Positions 36,825-45,904 of a stretch of DNA of 64,000 nt are shown in pieces (within the stretch, counting starts at the first letter, position 1; the number at the start of each line of letters is the position of its first letter). The DNA comes from Verrucomicrobiales bacterium (GTDB lineage Bacteria > Verrucomicrobiota > Verrucomicrobiia > Limisphaerales > UBA1100), in assembly GCA_038145765.1 (NCBI GenBank), contig JAYQQG010000002.1:8449-72448 (forward strand), given 5' to 3'. A program made the position numbers and the translations under genes. Under the pieces are notes generated by a model. It had not been told where the DNA came from. It ran no database searches and saw only the letters and a list, made by a program, of their open reading frames with translations.

Positions 36825-38552
36825 ATGCGGCAAATCCCAACCATTGCCCTAAACGCTTTTATGGAACTCGTGCGTCAGCCGGTGTTCCTGTTGTTGTTTA
36901 CGGTTTCGCCTCTGATCATGATTGTTCTGGCGGCCGTGCCCTATTTCGGTTTTGGCGGCACGGACATGGGGCCGGTCAACTTTGACATTAAGATGGTCAA
37001 GGACGGGGCGTTGACCGTGATGTTTGTCTCCGGGCTGTTCGCCGCAGTGATTTGTGCGTCGTCGTCGCTCAGTCGAGAGGTCTCCACCGGCACAGCATTG
37101 GCGGTGCTGGCCAAGCCGGTGGGGCGCATGCACTTCATTATCGGGAAATATATCGGGATTGCCTCGGGGCTCACGGCGGGCACGTACCTGAACCTGATCG
37201 TGCTCTTGCTGGCCAGTCGGCAGGCGTATGATGCCTATGGCAACCCGGACATTGTGGGGGTGGTTACCTTTGGCCTCTTCGTGGTGCTGGCGTTTATCGG
37301 TGCGGGTTTACTGAACTATTTCCTCCACAAACCGTTTGTTCCCTGGGCCATGGGGCTGTTGGCGGTGGCGATGACGCTGGGGTTTCTGACGGTTTGCTCG
37401 CAGGACAAAGAACGAGCTTGGTGGTTTGTGGATTCGGGTGCGGGAATTTCGGCGGAGTTTTCGGACATATGGATCTTCACTGAAGGCGCGGGAATCGATG
37501 CGGATGGGAACCCGATTCCTTCCGAGGAAAAGGCGGGATTTGCGGATGATGTCGATTGGTCCATCTTGCGCTTGGCATTATTGTTGCTCTTTGCCCTGTG
37601 GATTTTGGCGGCTATAGCGCTGATGTGTTCGACGCGTTTAAGCTGGATGCCCACCATGATGATCTGTACGGGATTGTTTATCCTCGGGCTCATGTCGGAC
37701 TACCTTCTGGGCAATGCCTCCCAAGGGGGCGGTTTGTTAAGGGCAGGGGAAACCATGACTTGGAATCCGCCCGGCAATCAGGCGGGCGAGTATCTGGCGT
37801 TTCGAATGAAACCGCGCGGAGTGCCGCGTTTGGCGGATCAGGAATACAGGGTGCGGGTGGATGTCACTGGGCAGGAGCCGGATCTCAACGACTTCGATCG
37901 TGAGTCTGGCGTGGTGAACCTGGGCAGTCCGAAGGAATCGGTGGTGACCATTGAATATGATCGCCTGAAGCAGTTGTTGGATTACGAACTGAAGGAGCGG
38001 TGGAATTTGCCGCTGGAGACGGAAATGATTCGTGTGGGGCGACGCTTGTTGCCGGATCAGTTTCCCGGTGAATCGGTGGAACGATCCTTGTTGCCGGAGA
38101 TTATTGATGCGGTGAATGAACAGGAACCGAGTTTGGAACGCGATGAAGCCGTGCAGGACACCTTGATCGAATTTCGCCGCTTAGAGGATCAAATCAAGAC
38201 CCCCGTCGTGCCCGGGCATGTGGCTTTTTGGGTTGAGTTGGAAGAAGGGCGGCTGAACAAATGGGATTCATCCACCGAACGTGAAGTTCGCATCACACAA
38301 GGCTCGGTTTGGGCAAAATTCCTTTACGTTTTGGTGCCTAACTGGCAGCTTTTCTGGCTCTCTGATTCCATGACCGTGCAGGCCGAGGAATTGGGAGAGA
38401 GCCGGTTTAAGACGCAATACACTGAGGGCAAGGTGCCCACACGCTATTTGGCTACCGCAGCGATGTACGTGGTCCTGTATGTAGTGATGGCCTTGGCCTT
38501 GGCCATCTGGATGTTTGAGAGCCGGGAATTAAGCGGAGACGGCAATGGATAA
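36825..38552 (+). CDS. ABC-2-type permease-like membrane protein with a soluble insert of roughly 230 aa before the last TM helix
   Basis: 575 aa. It has multiple TM helices. The ABC-2-family-like signature is SREVSTGTALAVLAKPVGRMHFIIGKYIG. A charged, non-hydrophobic region spans about residues 300-535, followed by a final helix (AAMYVVLYVVMALALAIWMF). Confidence 0.6.
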   Translation: MRQIPTIALNAFMELVRQPVFLLLFTVSPLIMIVLAAVPYFGFGGTDMGPVNFDIKMVKDGALTVMFVSGLFAAVICASSSLSREVSTGTALAVLAKPVGRMHFIIGKYIGIASGLTAGTYLNLIVLLLASRQAYDAYGNPDIVGVVTFGLFVVLAFIGAGLLNYFLHKPFVPWAMGLLAVAMTLGFLTVCSQDKERAWWFVDSGAGISAEFSDIWIFTEGAGIDADGNPIPSEEKAGFADDVDWSILRLALLLLFALWILAAIALMCSTRLSWMPTMMICTGLFILGLMSDYLLGNASQGGGLLRAGETMTWNPPGNQAGEYLAFRMKPRGVPRLADQEYRVRVDVTGQEPDLNDFDRESGVVNLGSPKESVVTIEYDRLKQLLDYELKERWNLPLETEMIRVGRRLLPDQFPGESVERSLLPEIIDAVNEQEPSLERDEAVQDTLIEFRRLEDQIKTPVVPGHVAFWVELEEGRLNKWDSSTEREVRITQGSVWAKFLYVLVPNWQLFWLSDSMTVQAEELGESRFKTQYTEGKVPTRYLATAAMYVVLYVVMALALAIWMFESRELSGDGNG

Positions 38553-40545
38553 TATCGATAAGCGCGGAGGGTTTTGGAACCTGCTGATTACGCTGCTGGC
38601 GGCAACGGGGTCGATTGTATTGGCCGTGGTTACCCATTCGGTGACGAGCTATGGCATTGCGGCCTTCATGGTGCTGGGTTTTGTGGTGGCCCTTGTGAGC
38701 CTTATCCACATGGCCCTGCGCGAGCGCGAGCAACTGGAGGCCCGTGAACTGGAGGAGATTCAGTCGGGCGCCACCAACGAGGCTCTGTTTGAAGAGGGGG
38801 AAGTGCTGCCGGCCAAGCGGTCCCGGGAGCAGTTTGAAAAATGGGGGATGCCGGTCGTGTCGATTGTGATGTTGGTTTTGGCTGTGCTCGGGATTTATTA
38901 CATCACCACCAACCGGCTGAATGTGGCCTATGATACGCTCGATAGTTGGATGGTGCAGGGGAAATACATCGCGTTGTTTGGCGCAGCATTGATGGGGCTG
39001 GTGCTGTTCCTGCGGGGGCAATTCGCCTCCAACCTGTCGCGGATGGAGAAGCAGCGTTTTCTGCAGGCGGGTTCGGATTATGTGTTGTTCGGGGCGTACC
39101 TCAATTTTCTTTATGCCGCTGTCGTCGCCATTGCTTTTAAGGATGCCTCGGTGGATGTCTACGTGGGGACAGGTTTGGTCATTCTGCTCGGCATCGCCGC
39201 AGTGGAAAATCTGCTGAGCATGATTTTTGAAATCTACCGGCCGCGCGTGGCTGGTCGGCAATCGCGATTGTTGTACCAAAGCCGCCTGATCGGCTTGATT
39301 GCCAAGCCAGAAAACCTCTTTACCACGGCCGGCCAAATTCTGGACTACCAGTTTGGCTTCAAGGTTTCTGAGACGTGGGGGTACCAGTTCCTGCGCGAAC
39401 GCCTGGGGGTGGTGGTGGGCTTGCAGATTATCCTTCTTTGGCTGTCGACCACCGTGGTGGTGATCGAGCCGTCGGTGCGGGGAAAATTATTGGATGGTGG
39501 GAAAGAACCCAAATTGTTGGACCCGGGGATTCATGTCAAACTTCCGTGGCCTTTTGCCTCGGTGGAACGATTTGATCCGGATCGGATTCATACGTTTTAT
39601 GTGGGGCTGGAACCACTGGTGGAAGGCGTGCGCCCGGCTCGACCCAAGACTTGGCTCGAGCCGACGGGTAAAGACTATGATTCCAAGAAGAAAACCGGTG
39701 AATTGTTTTTTCTGACCGGCAGCGGGGATGCCACCGTTGAGGCCAACTTAATGGTGGTGAGTGTGCCGGTGCAGTATCGGATCCGAAGCAGTTCGAAGGA
39801 CGGCCAACAGAAGTCGTTGAAAGACGGTTGGATGACGTTCAGTGGAAAAGAGCTAAAAGATAGCCAAGGGAAGGCGATGGGGATTACGCATGCCGAGCAG
39901 TTGCTCCGTAACATTGCCCACCGTGAAGTGACTGAATATCTGCTGACGCATGATTTTAAAACGCTCATGCTTGAGGGGAGAGAACAGGCGCAGGCTGATT
40001 TGCGCGCTAAAATCCAAAAACGAGCTGAGGGCTTGGGGGTGGATATTTTGTTCGTGGGATTGGCCGATCTGCGGCCGCCTGCCGAATCCCCGGAGAATAT
40101 TCGCGAACGGGAAGATCCCGGCCCCGGAGGGGATCAGGGGCCCAAATTGAATGCGATGCCGGTTGCGGCAGCATTTGAAAATGAATTGCTGGCGATTGCC
40201 AGTGGGCGGTTGGATAAATTTAGCGCCCTCGAAGAGAGCAAACGCTTGGCTGCGGAACAAAAGAGTGCCGAAGTCGTGCTGGAATATGGTGCCAACGCGA
40301 AGGCGAGTTTGCAGGTTGAGCAGGCGAAGGCCCGTGCCGGAAGGATTCACGGAGCTGAACAGCCGTTTCATCAAGCCCCCAAGGTGTATCCGCTTTGGCT
40401 GTATCTGACGACGTTTGAACGGGCCGTGGAACATGCCCGTAAATTTGTGGTGGCCACAGAACATCACGAACTGGAAGTGGACCTGGATCTGCATGAGGCG
40501 ATCCGGCGTGGCATGACTGATATCAAAGTGCCGCCCAAGAAATAA
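38545..40545 (+). CDS. Polytopic membrane protein fused to a C-terminal SPFH/Band-7 (HflK/C-like) domain
   Basis: 666 aa. The first roughly 300 aa contain several hydrophobic helices. The SPFH entry motif follows (VVVIEPSVRGKLL...LDPGIHVKLPWPFASVERFDPDRIHTFYVG), then a long coiled/charged C-terminal part. It overlaps the upstream gene by 8 nt. Confidence 0.65.
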   Translation: MDNIDKRGGFWNLLITLLAATGSIVLAVVTHSVTSYGIAAFMVLGFVVALVSLIHMALREREQLEARELEEIQSGATNEALFEEGEVLPAKRSREQFEKWGMPVVSIVMLVLAVLGIYYITTNRLNVAYDTLDSWMVQGKYIALFGAALMGLVLFLRGQFASNLSRMEKQRFLQAGSDYVLFGAYLNFLYAAVVAIAFKDASVDVYVGTGLVILLGIAAVENLLSMIFEIYRPRVAGRQSRLLYQSRLIGLIAKPENLFTTAGQILDYQFGFKVSETWGYQFLRERLGVVVGLQIILLWLSTTVVVIEPSVRGKLLDGGKEPKLLDPGIHVKLPWPFASVERFDPDRIHTFYVGLEPLVEGVRPARPKTWLEPTGKDYDSKKKTGELFFLTGSGDATVEANLMVVSVPVQYRIRSSSKDGQQKSLKDGWMTFSGKELKDSQGKAMGITHAEQLLRNIAHREVTEYLLTHDFKTLMLEGREQAQADLRAKIQKRAEGLGVDILFVGLADLRPPAESPENIREREDPGPGGDQGPKLNAMPVAAAFENELLAIASGRLDKFSALEESKRLAAEQKSAEVVLEYGANAKASLQVEQAKARAGRIHGAEQPFHQAPKVYPLWLYLTTFERAVEHARKFVVATEHHELEVDLDLHEAIRRGMTDIKVPPKK

Positions 40546-40563
40546 CCTGATCGATTTACTACC

Positions 40564-41559
40564 ATGAAAAAAGCCGTCAACATTATCATCTTCGGACTGT
40601 TGCTGCTCATCTTTGGCTCCTACATGTTCACCTATCAGGTGCGGCAGGATGAGATTGCGTTCGTGAACACCTTGGGCAAGGACAGTGAGCCCATTGAAGA
40701 ACCGGGCTTGCGCTTCAAGTGGCCGTGGCCCATCCAGAGCGTTTATAAATTCGATGATCGCGTTCACGTGAAAACCACCGGGTACGCGCAGGTCATGACG
40801 GGTACGCCGGAAAACGAGGGGCTGGCCAGCGTGATGGTTCAGCTCTATTTCGGTTGGAAGATTGCAGATCCCAGCTTGTTTATGTCGGGGGCGAAGGGGG
40901 TGGATTCCGAGGCCCGCGTGAAATACGCCGAAGCCAAATTGCTGGATATTGTGAACGCGGAAAAGACTGAGCAAATCAGCAAAAAGAAAATCGATTTTCG
41001 CGTGCTGGTGGATGACGAGACGAGTGCTGAGGATGCCGGTGAAGCGGGAGGATTTTTTGATGATCTGGAATCCAATATTTTGCAAGCCGCCCGAGAGGAA
41101 GCGAAGGCGTTGGGCGTATCCATCGAATTTGTGGGGATCAGCCGTTTGGGAGTTCCGCAAAGCAATTTGGATTTATTGCTCAACGCGATGGTGACCCAGT
41201 GGACGAATTCTGCGGGAACCACGGTTTCCGAGGCGCAACAGGATGCAAAAACGATTCGGGAAAAGGCGAAGAGTGACAAGGAGAACGCCCTGCAACGGGC
41301 GCAGTTAAAGGCCGATGCCGCGTTGGCCAAGGCCCAAGCCGATGCGTTGCAGCAATTCAAGACCTTGGAGCAGGATCCGGAATTGGCGGCGTTCCTCATG
41401 CAACTGGAAGCCTTGGAGAAATCCGTCAAAAAACAAACTACCTTGATTTTGGATGATACGATGGGTCCGTTCGGGTTGCTGCGCGGGATCAAAGTACCCA
41501 CGGTGAAGCCTAATGGAGACGGGGCGCAAGCAGAAGACGGCGGCGAGGAAACTGAATAA
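40564..41559 (+). CDS. SPFH/Band-7 family protein (HflC-like)
   Basis: 331 aa. The N-terminal anchor is AVNIIIFGLLLLIFGSYMF. It is followed by YQVRQDEIAFVNTLGK...EPGLRFKWPWPIQSVYKFDDRVHV, and the C-terminal half is coiled-coil-like. Confidence 0.7.
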   Translation: MKKAVNIIIFGLLLLIFGSYMFTYQVRQDEIAFVNTLGKDSEPIEEPGLRFKWPWPIQSVYKFDDRVHVKTTGYAQVMTGTPENEGLASVMVQLYFGWKIADPSLFMSGAKGVDSEARVKYAEAKLLDIVNAEKTEQISKKKIDFRVLVDDETSAEDAGEAGGFFDDLESNILQAAREEAKALGVSIEFVGISRLGVPQSNLDLLLNAMVTQWTNSAGTTVSEAQQDAKTIREKAKSDKENALQRAQLKADAALAKAQADALQQFKTLEQDPELAAFLMQLEALEKSVKKQTTLILDDTMGPFGLLRGIKVPTVKPNGDGAQAEDGGEETE

Positions 41560-41580
41560 CCTGAGTGGTCCGAATACGTC

Positions 41581-42672
41581 ATGAGTGAAATACCCATTCA
41601 ACCCAAGGACACGCCGGAAGTGGATCTGGGAAATGAGGCCGGCTCGCGCGCCATGGAACAGGCGTTGCGGAGCAGCTTTACCATATTGAAGTTGGTGATC
41701 GCCGTCCTGGCCGTTTACCTCGTTTTCTCCAATACATTTACGGTCAAACAGGATGCAGAAGGGGCTGTCATTCTGAGATTTGGCCAAGCACAAACGGTGG
41801 ATCGAGCAAAAGTTTTTGAACCGGGGATTCGGTTTGCCTGGCCCTTCCCCATTGACGAAAAAGTGGAGATCGCCCGCGAGAAGCCGGTGAAAAGCGATAG
41901 CGCATGGTACGCCGCCATGGGGGCGGTGCAAATCGGGGATAACCCGAATCAGCGCCGGGTGGATGCTTCTCGGGATGGCTATGCGCTGACCTCGGATTGG
42001 AAGATCGTTCATCTGCAAGCAACGATGACATATGGGGTGGTGGACCCCAGCCTATTTGCCTTTGGCCACGCGGACGCCGTATCGGTCCTCCAGATGGTTT
42101 TGGATAGCAGTGTCTCCGCGGTGGCAGGCCAAATGAAGTTGGCCAGTATTAAGGGAAATCCGGCTCCCTTCGCCAAACGGGTTGAAGCACGCGCTCAATC
42201 GTTAGTGGATCAATATAATCTTGGAGTGGAAATAACCGGGCTCATTGTAAATAGCGATGATGTCGAGTTGCCTTTCCTTACTCGGGATGCTTTCGATACC
42301 TTTTCCAATGCCAGCTCACAGGCGGCGGAAGCCCGCAAAGCGGCCGAAGGATTCGCTAAGAGCATTAAGGCGGAATCCGGGGCCGTGGCGGCGATTGAAA
42401 ATCAGGCCAATAATCAGGCAGCCGCGTTGGCCGCTTCGGTGGATTCCCTAGCTCAACGGTTTGACGATATTCTGGAAAAATATCCCACGCCGATCGGTCG
42501 CCGTCGGTATATGGAGCAAATGTACTACGAAGCCATGGAGCGGATTGCGGAGAATGATGCCATCAAAATTTACCTCGTCTCCAAGGGCGGCAAACTCAAT
42601 CCTGCGAAGTTGCGCCTGTTGATCAACCAACCACCTCCTGAGGTTGAAGAGGACAAGGAGGAAGGAAACTAG
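41581..42672 (+). CDS. SPFH/Band-7 family protein (HflK-like)
   Basis: 363 aa. The anchor is LKLVIAVLAVYLVF. It is followed by FTVKQDAEGAVILRFGQ...EPGIRFAWPFPIDEKVEI, and the C-terminus is helical. Confidence 0.7.
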   Translation: MSEIPIQPKDTPEVDLGNEAGSRAMEQALRSSFTILKLVIAVLAVYLVFSNTFTVKQDAEGAVILRFGQAQTVDRAKVFEPGIRFAWPFPIDEKVEIAREKPVKSDSAWYAAMGAVQIGDNPNQRRVDASRDGYALTSDWKIVHLQATMTYGVVDPSLFAFGHADAVSVLQMVLDSSVSAVAGQMKLASIKGNPAPFAKRVEARAQSLVDQYNLGVEITGLIVNSDDVELPFLTRDAFDTFSNASSQAAEARKAAEGFAKSIKAESGAVAAIENQANNQAAALAASVDSLAQRFDDILEKYPTPIGRRRYMEQMYYEAMERIAENDAIKIYLVSKGGKLNPAKLRLLINQPPPEVEEDKEEGN

Positions 42673-42675
42673 GCC

Positions 42676-44655
42676 ATGCAGGAAGAAAACGCATCAACCC
42701 AGTCCGCGCCCGAAGAAAATCAGGATGCGGCCACCACGGTGAAATTCATCTTTGCCGGTATTGTCTTTATCATCAACGGGTTCCTCGCGGACTGGATCCT
42801 GGGTGCCGAATCGCGCGTGGGCGATTTCAGTGCGATGATCGGCGCGATCATTCTTGGTATCCGGATTTTTCGCACGACGGTTCGTGATTTGCAGCAGGGT
42901 TTGTTGACCACCAACGAGCTGGTGTCGATCGCGGTCTTGGCCACCTTTGCCCATGGCGATTATCACGCAGCGGGTCTGGTAGCGTTCTTCATGTTGCTGG
43001 CAGAAATGATCGAATCCCGCACCGCGTCGGGCGCTCAGGAGGCAATTCGCCGGCTGCTGGAACGTGCCCCGACCAAGGCCAGCCGGCTCTTGGAGGATGG
43101 CAAGGAAGAAGAGGTGCCGGCCAATGATCTGCAAGTAGGCGACCGCATCCGTGTGCGGCCCGGGGACAATGTGCCGGCGGATGGGGACATCCTTACTGGA
43201 AGCGGCTCGATCAATCAGGCAAATATCACCGGTGAATCCCTGCCGGTGGATAAGAAACCCGGCGATGCGGTGTTCCAGGGGACCATCAACATTGATGGCG
43301 TGTTGGAGGTCAAAGTCACCAAAGTGGGTGTGGAAACGGAATTCGGCCGGGTGCGCGAGTTGATCCTACAAGCGGCGCAATCGAAGACCCGTTTCGAGAA
43401 GATTGTCGATCAATACATGGGTTTTTATACGCCACTTGTGCTGGTGATCGGGGCGTTGGTCTGGGCGTTTACTCAGGATTTGAACCGGGTGATCTCGGTG
43501 TTCATTGTCTCCAGCCCGGTAGCCTTTATCTTGGCGACCCCCACCGCGATGGTGGCTGCGGTGGCTACGGCATCGCGTTTGGGGATCATGATCAAGCAGG
43601 TCAGCGATATCGAGCTGGCGGCGCGTATCAATGCATTCATTTTTGATAAAACCGGCACCATTACGACCGGCACTTTGAAGGTCAGCCGGTTGGCACCGGT
43701 GGAGGGCGTGAAGCCGGCGGAGCTGCTATTATTGGCGGCTTCAGCTGAACAATACAGCAATCACCCCACCGCCAAGGCAATTTTGGCCTTGGCCCGGGAA
43801 GCAGGCGTGGGTTTAGCTGAACCTCAGGATTTTGGCGAAACGGCTGGGAAAGGGGTGACCGCGCATGTCGATGGGGCCAAGGTCCTGGTTGGCCGGCAGG
43901 TGTGGTTGGAGGAAAATGAGGTGTCCGGCGACATTGCCGGTTCCATTGATCTGGATGAAGCACAGGGATACAGCCTGGTGCATGTGTCACGGGACGGGCA
44001 GTTCATTGGTTGGGTGGGCATGACTGATGAGATTCGCAGTGAAGCATCGGAATCCCTGAGTGAATTGCGGATCGAAGGGGTCAAGCGGCTGGCCATCGTC
44101 TCGGGAGATCGGGCGCCGGTGGCCGAACGTGTGGCGGCCGAGGTAGGCTGTGAAAATGTGCAGGCCGATTGTTTCCCGGCAGAGAAGGTGAAGTACGTTG
44201 AAGATCTGCGGGCACGCGGTTACAAGGTGGCGTTTGTCGGGGATGGCGTGAATGACGCGCCGGCATTAAAGGCCGGGGATATTGGTATTGCCATGGGCGC
44301 CGCCGGCAGTGATGTGGCGATTCAAAGTGCGACCATTGCCCTGATGAATAGCGACCTGCGCCGGCTGCCATTCCTGATGCATCTCTCGCGCATGACGCGT
44401 TCGGTGATCAACCAGAATTTTATTTTTGGAGTGCTCTTTGTGATCGTGGGCCTCGTGCTCGCAGCCTTAAACATTATTACCCCCGTGTTGGCCGCCATGT
44501 TAAACGTCTTGGGTTCGCTCTTTGTGGTGTTCAATAGCGCGCGTCTCGTGCGGGAAGGCGAAGAATTCGAGGCATTTGATGATTCGGCGGACGAAACCGC
44601 AGGGTCGGATTCGGCAGCCGAAGAAACGACCGAGGTAGTGACCGCGGCCGCCTAG
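42676..44655 (+). CDS. P-type ATPase of P1B-like architecture with no N-terminal metal-binding domain and no CPx motif; substrate unknown
   Basis: 659 aa. Motifs present are TGES (ITGESLP), DKTGT (nt 43645-59), the HP dipeptide (SNHPTAKA) and GDGVNDAPAL. The helix upstream of DKTGT reads VFIVSSPVAFILATPTA, so SPV occupies the position where P1B pumps carry CPC, SPC or CPH. Confidence 0.9.
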   Translation: MQEENASTQSAPEENQDAATTVKFIFAGIVFIINGFLADWILGAESRVGDFSAMIGAIILGIRIFRTTVRDLQQGLLTTNELVSIAVLATFAHGDYHAAGLVAFFMLLAEMIESRTASGAQEAIRRLLERAPTKASRLLEDGKEEEVPANDLQVGDRIRVRPGDNVPADGDILTGSGSINQANITGESLPVDKKPGDAVFQGTINIDGVLEVKVTKVGVETEFGRVRELILQAAQSKTRFEKIVDQYMGFYTPLVLVIGALVWAFTQDLNRVISVFIVSSPVAFILATPTAMVAAVATASRLGIMIKQVSDIELAARINAFIFDKTGTITTGTLKVSRLAPVEGVKPAELLLLAASAEQYSNHPTAKAILALAREAGVGLAEPQDFGETAGKGVTAHVDGAKVLVGRQVWLEENEVSGDIAGSIDLDEAQGYSLVHVSRDGQFIGWVGMTDEIRSEASESLSELRIEGVKRLAIVSGDRAPVAERVAAEVGCENVQADCFPAEKVKYVEDLRARGYKVAFVGDGVNDAPALKAGDIGIAMGAAGSDVAIQSATIALMNSDLRRLPFLMHLSRMTRSVINQNFIFGVLFVIVGLVLAALNIITPVLAAMLNVLGSLFVVFNSARLVREGEEFEAFDDSADETAGSDSAAEETTEVVTAAA

Positions 44656-44665
44656 AAAGGAAGGT

Positions 44666-45886
44666 TTGATGGAAACAACGAAGCAAGCTCCCGAACAAAC
44701 ACAAGCCGGCGTGACACAGGCGGACGATGTGGTGGTTGTGCGGTCGTTGGAAAAAGTATTCCGCGATTTTTGGGGACGCCCCAAGGCCAAGGCGATCAAT
44801 GATGTCAGCTTTGAAGTGCGCAAAGGCGAGGTGTTTGGGTTGCTGGGCCCGAACGGTTCCGGTAAATCAACCACCATCAAGGTGCTGTTGGGCCTGCTGA
44901 ACCCCTCACGCGGGGTGGCCCGTATCTTTGGCCGGTCGCCGCGCGATGTGAAAACCAAGGAACGCATCGGATATCTACCGGAAGAATCCTACTTGTATCG
45001 CTATTTGAACTCGGCGGAGACATTGGATTTTTTTGGGGGATTGTTCGCGCTGGATGGTGAGGAGAAAAAGCGTCGGTCCGAGCAGTTATTGGAAATGGTG
45101 GGTTTAAAGGGCGTGCAAATGCGCACGGTCGGCGAATTTTCCAAGGGCATGCAGCGCCGGATCGGTTTGGCGCAGGCGCTGATCAATGACCCGGACCTCG
45201 TGATTTTGGACGAACCCACTGCCGGCATGGACCCGGTGGGTTGCCGGGAGATCAAGGATTTGATTCTCAACCTCAAAGGCCGTGGCAAAACGGTGATCCT
45301 TTCCAGCCATCTGTTGGCGGATGTGGAGGATGTTTGCGATCGAGCGGTGATCTACTACGGCGGTAAGGTGCAGCAATACGGCACATTGGAAGAACTGCTT
45401 ACCGAACGGGATTCGGTCCAGTTCACCGTGCCCGCTTTGAGCGAAGCAGCGCAACAGGAGGTGTTGGAGGTCATGGAGCGGCATGTGGGCAAGGATTCCA
45501 TTCGGGTAGATAATCCCACACAAAACTTGGAAAGCCTCTTTCTCAACGTGGTGGAAAGAGCGCGCGCTTCGGATGATACATCCGGCGCGACTTCCGGCAG
45601 TGAAGTGGCGGAGTTCTTGCGGGCCGATGAACCGGTTCCGACGCAGGCGGAGAAGATGCTGGAGCGGTTGGCGGACAAGGATGCCCCACAAAAACCAGCG
45701 GCTCTGGAGAAAGCGCAGCCGGAAGCAACCCAGCCTGAACGGCCCAAAATGGATGAGGCCAAGCTGGATACTTTATCCGAAGCCAAACCGGAACCGAAAG
45801 CCAACGAGCCCGAGCCAAAGGCTGAAACTCAGAAAAAAAACCTCGATGAGGTGGATGACAAACTCTCCGGTTTGTTGGGCGACTAA
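44666..45886 (+). CDS. ABC transporter ATP-binding protein (ABC-2 subfamily-like) with a low-complexity Lys/Glu/Pro-rich C-terminal tail
   Basis: 406 aa. It has Walker A (GPNGSGKST), a signature motif (FSKGMQRRIG) and Walker B (LVILDEPTAGMD). The last roughly 100 aa are PEP/KAE-rich. Confidence 0.9.
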   Translation: MMETTKQAPEQTQAGVTQADDVVVVRSLEKVFRDFWGRPKAKAINDVSFEVRKGEVFGLLGPNGSGKSTTIKVLLGLLNPSRGVARIFGRSPRDVKTKERIGYLPEESYLYRYLNSAETLDFFGGLFALDGEEKKRRSEQLLEMVGLKGVQMRTVGEFSKGMQRRIGLAQALINDPDLVILDEPTAGMDPVGCREIKDLILNLKGRGKTVILSSHLLADVEDVCDRAVIYYGGKVQQYGTLEELLTERDSVQFTVPALSEAAQQEVLEVMERHVGKDSIRVDNPTQNLESLFLNVVERARASDDTSGATSGSEVAEFLRADEPVPTQAEKMLERLADKDAPQKPAALEKAQPEATQPERPKMDEAKLDTLSEAKPEPKANEPEPKAETQKKNLDEVDDKLSGLLGD

Positions 45887-45904
45887 CGGAGGAGGATTTC
45901 GGGC

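Noticed and set aside
39853-41160. A 435-aa minus-strand ORF. Similar long antisense ORFs occur at 7393..8529, 60937..61998, 12470..13120 and 26446..27258.
   Set aside because: All lie opposite genes that have recognisable motifs and operon-consistent boundaries, and none shows a motif of its own.
42676-44655. Labelling the P-type ATPase as a Cu/Zn/Cd exporter
   Set aside because: The architecture is P1B-like, but the metal-ligand CPx motif and the N-terminal metal-binding domain are missing. A substrate assignment would be a guess.
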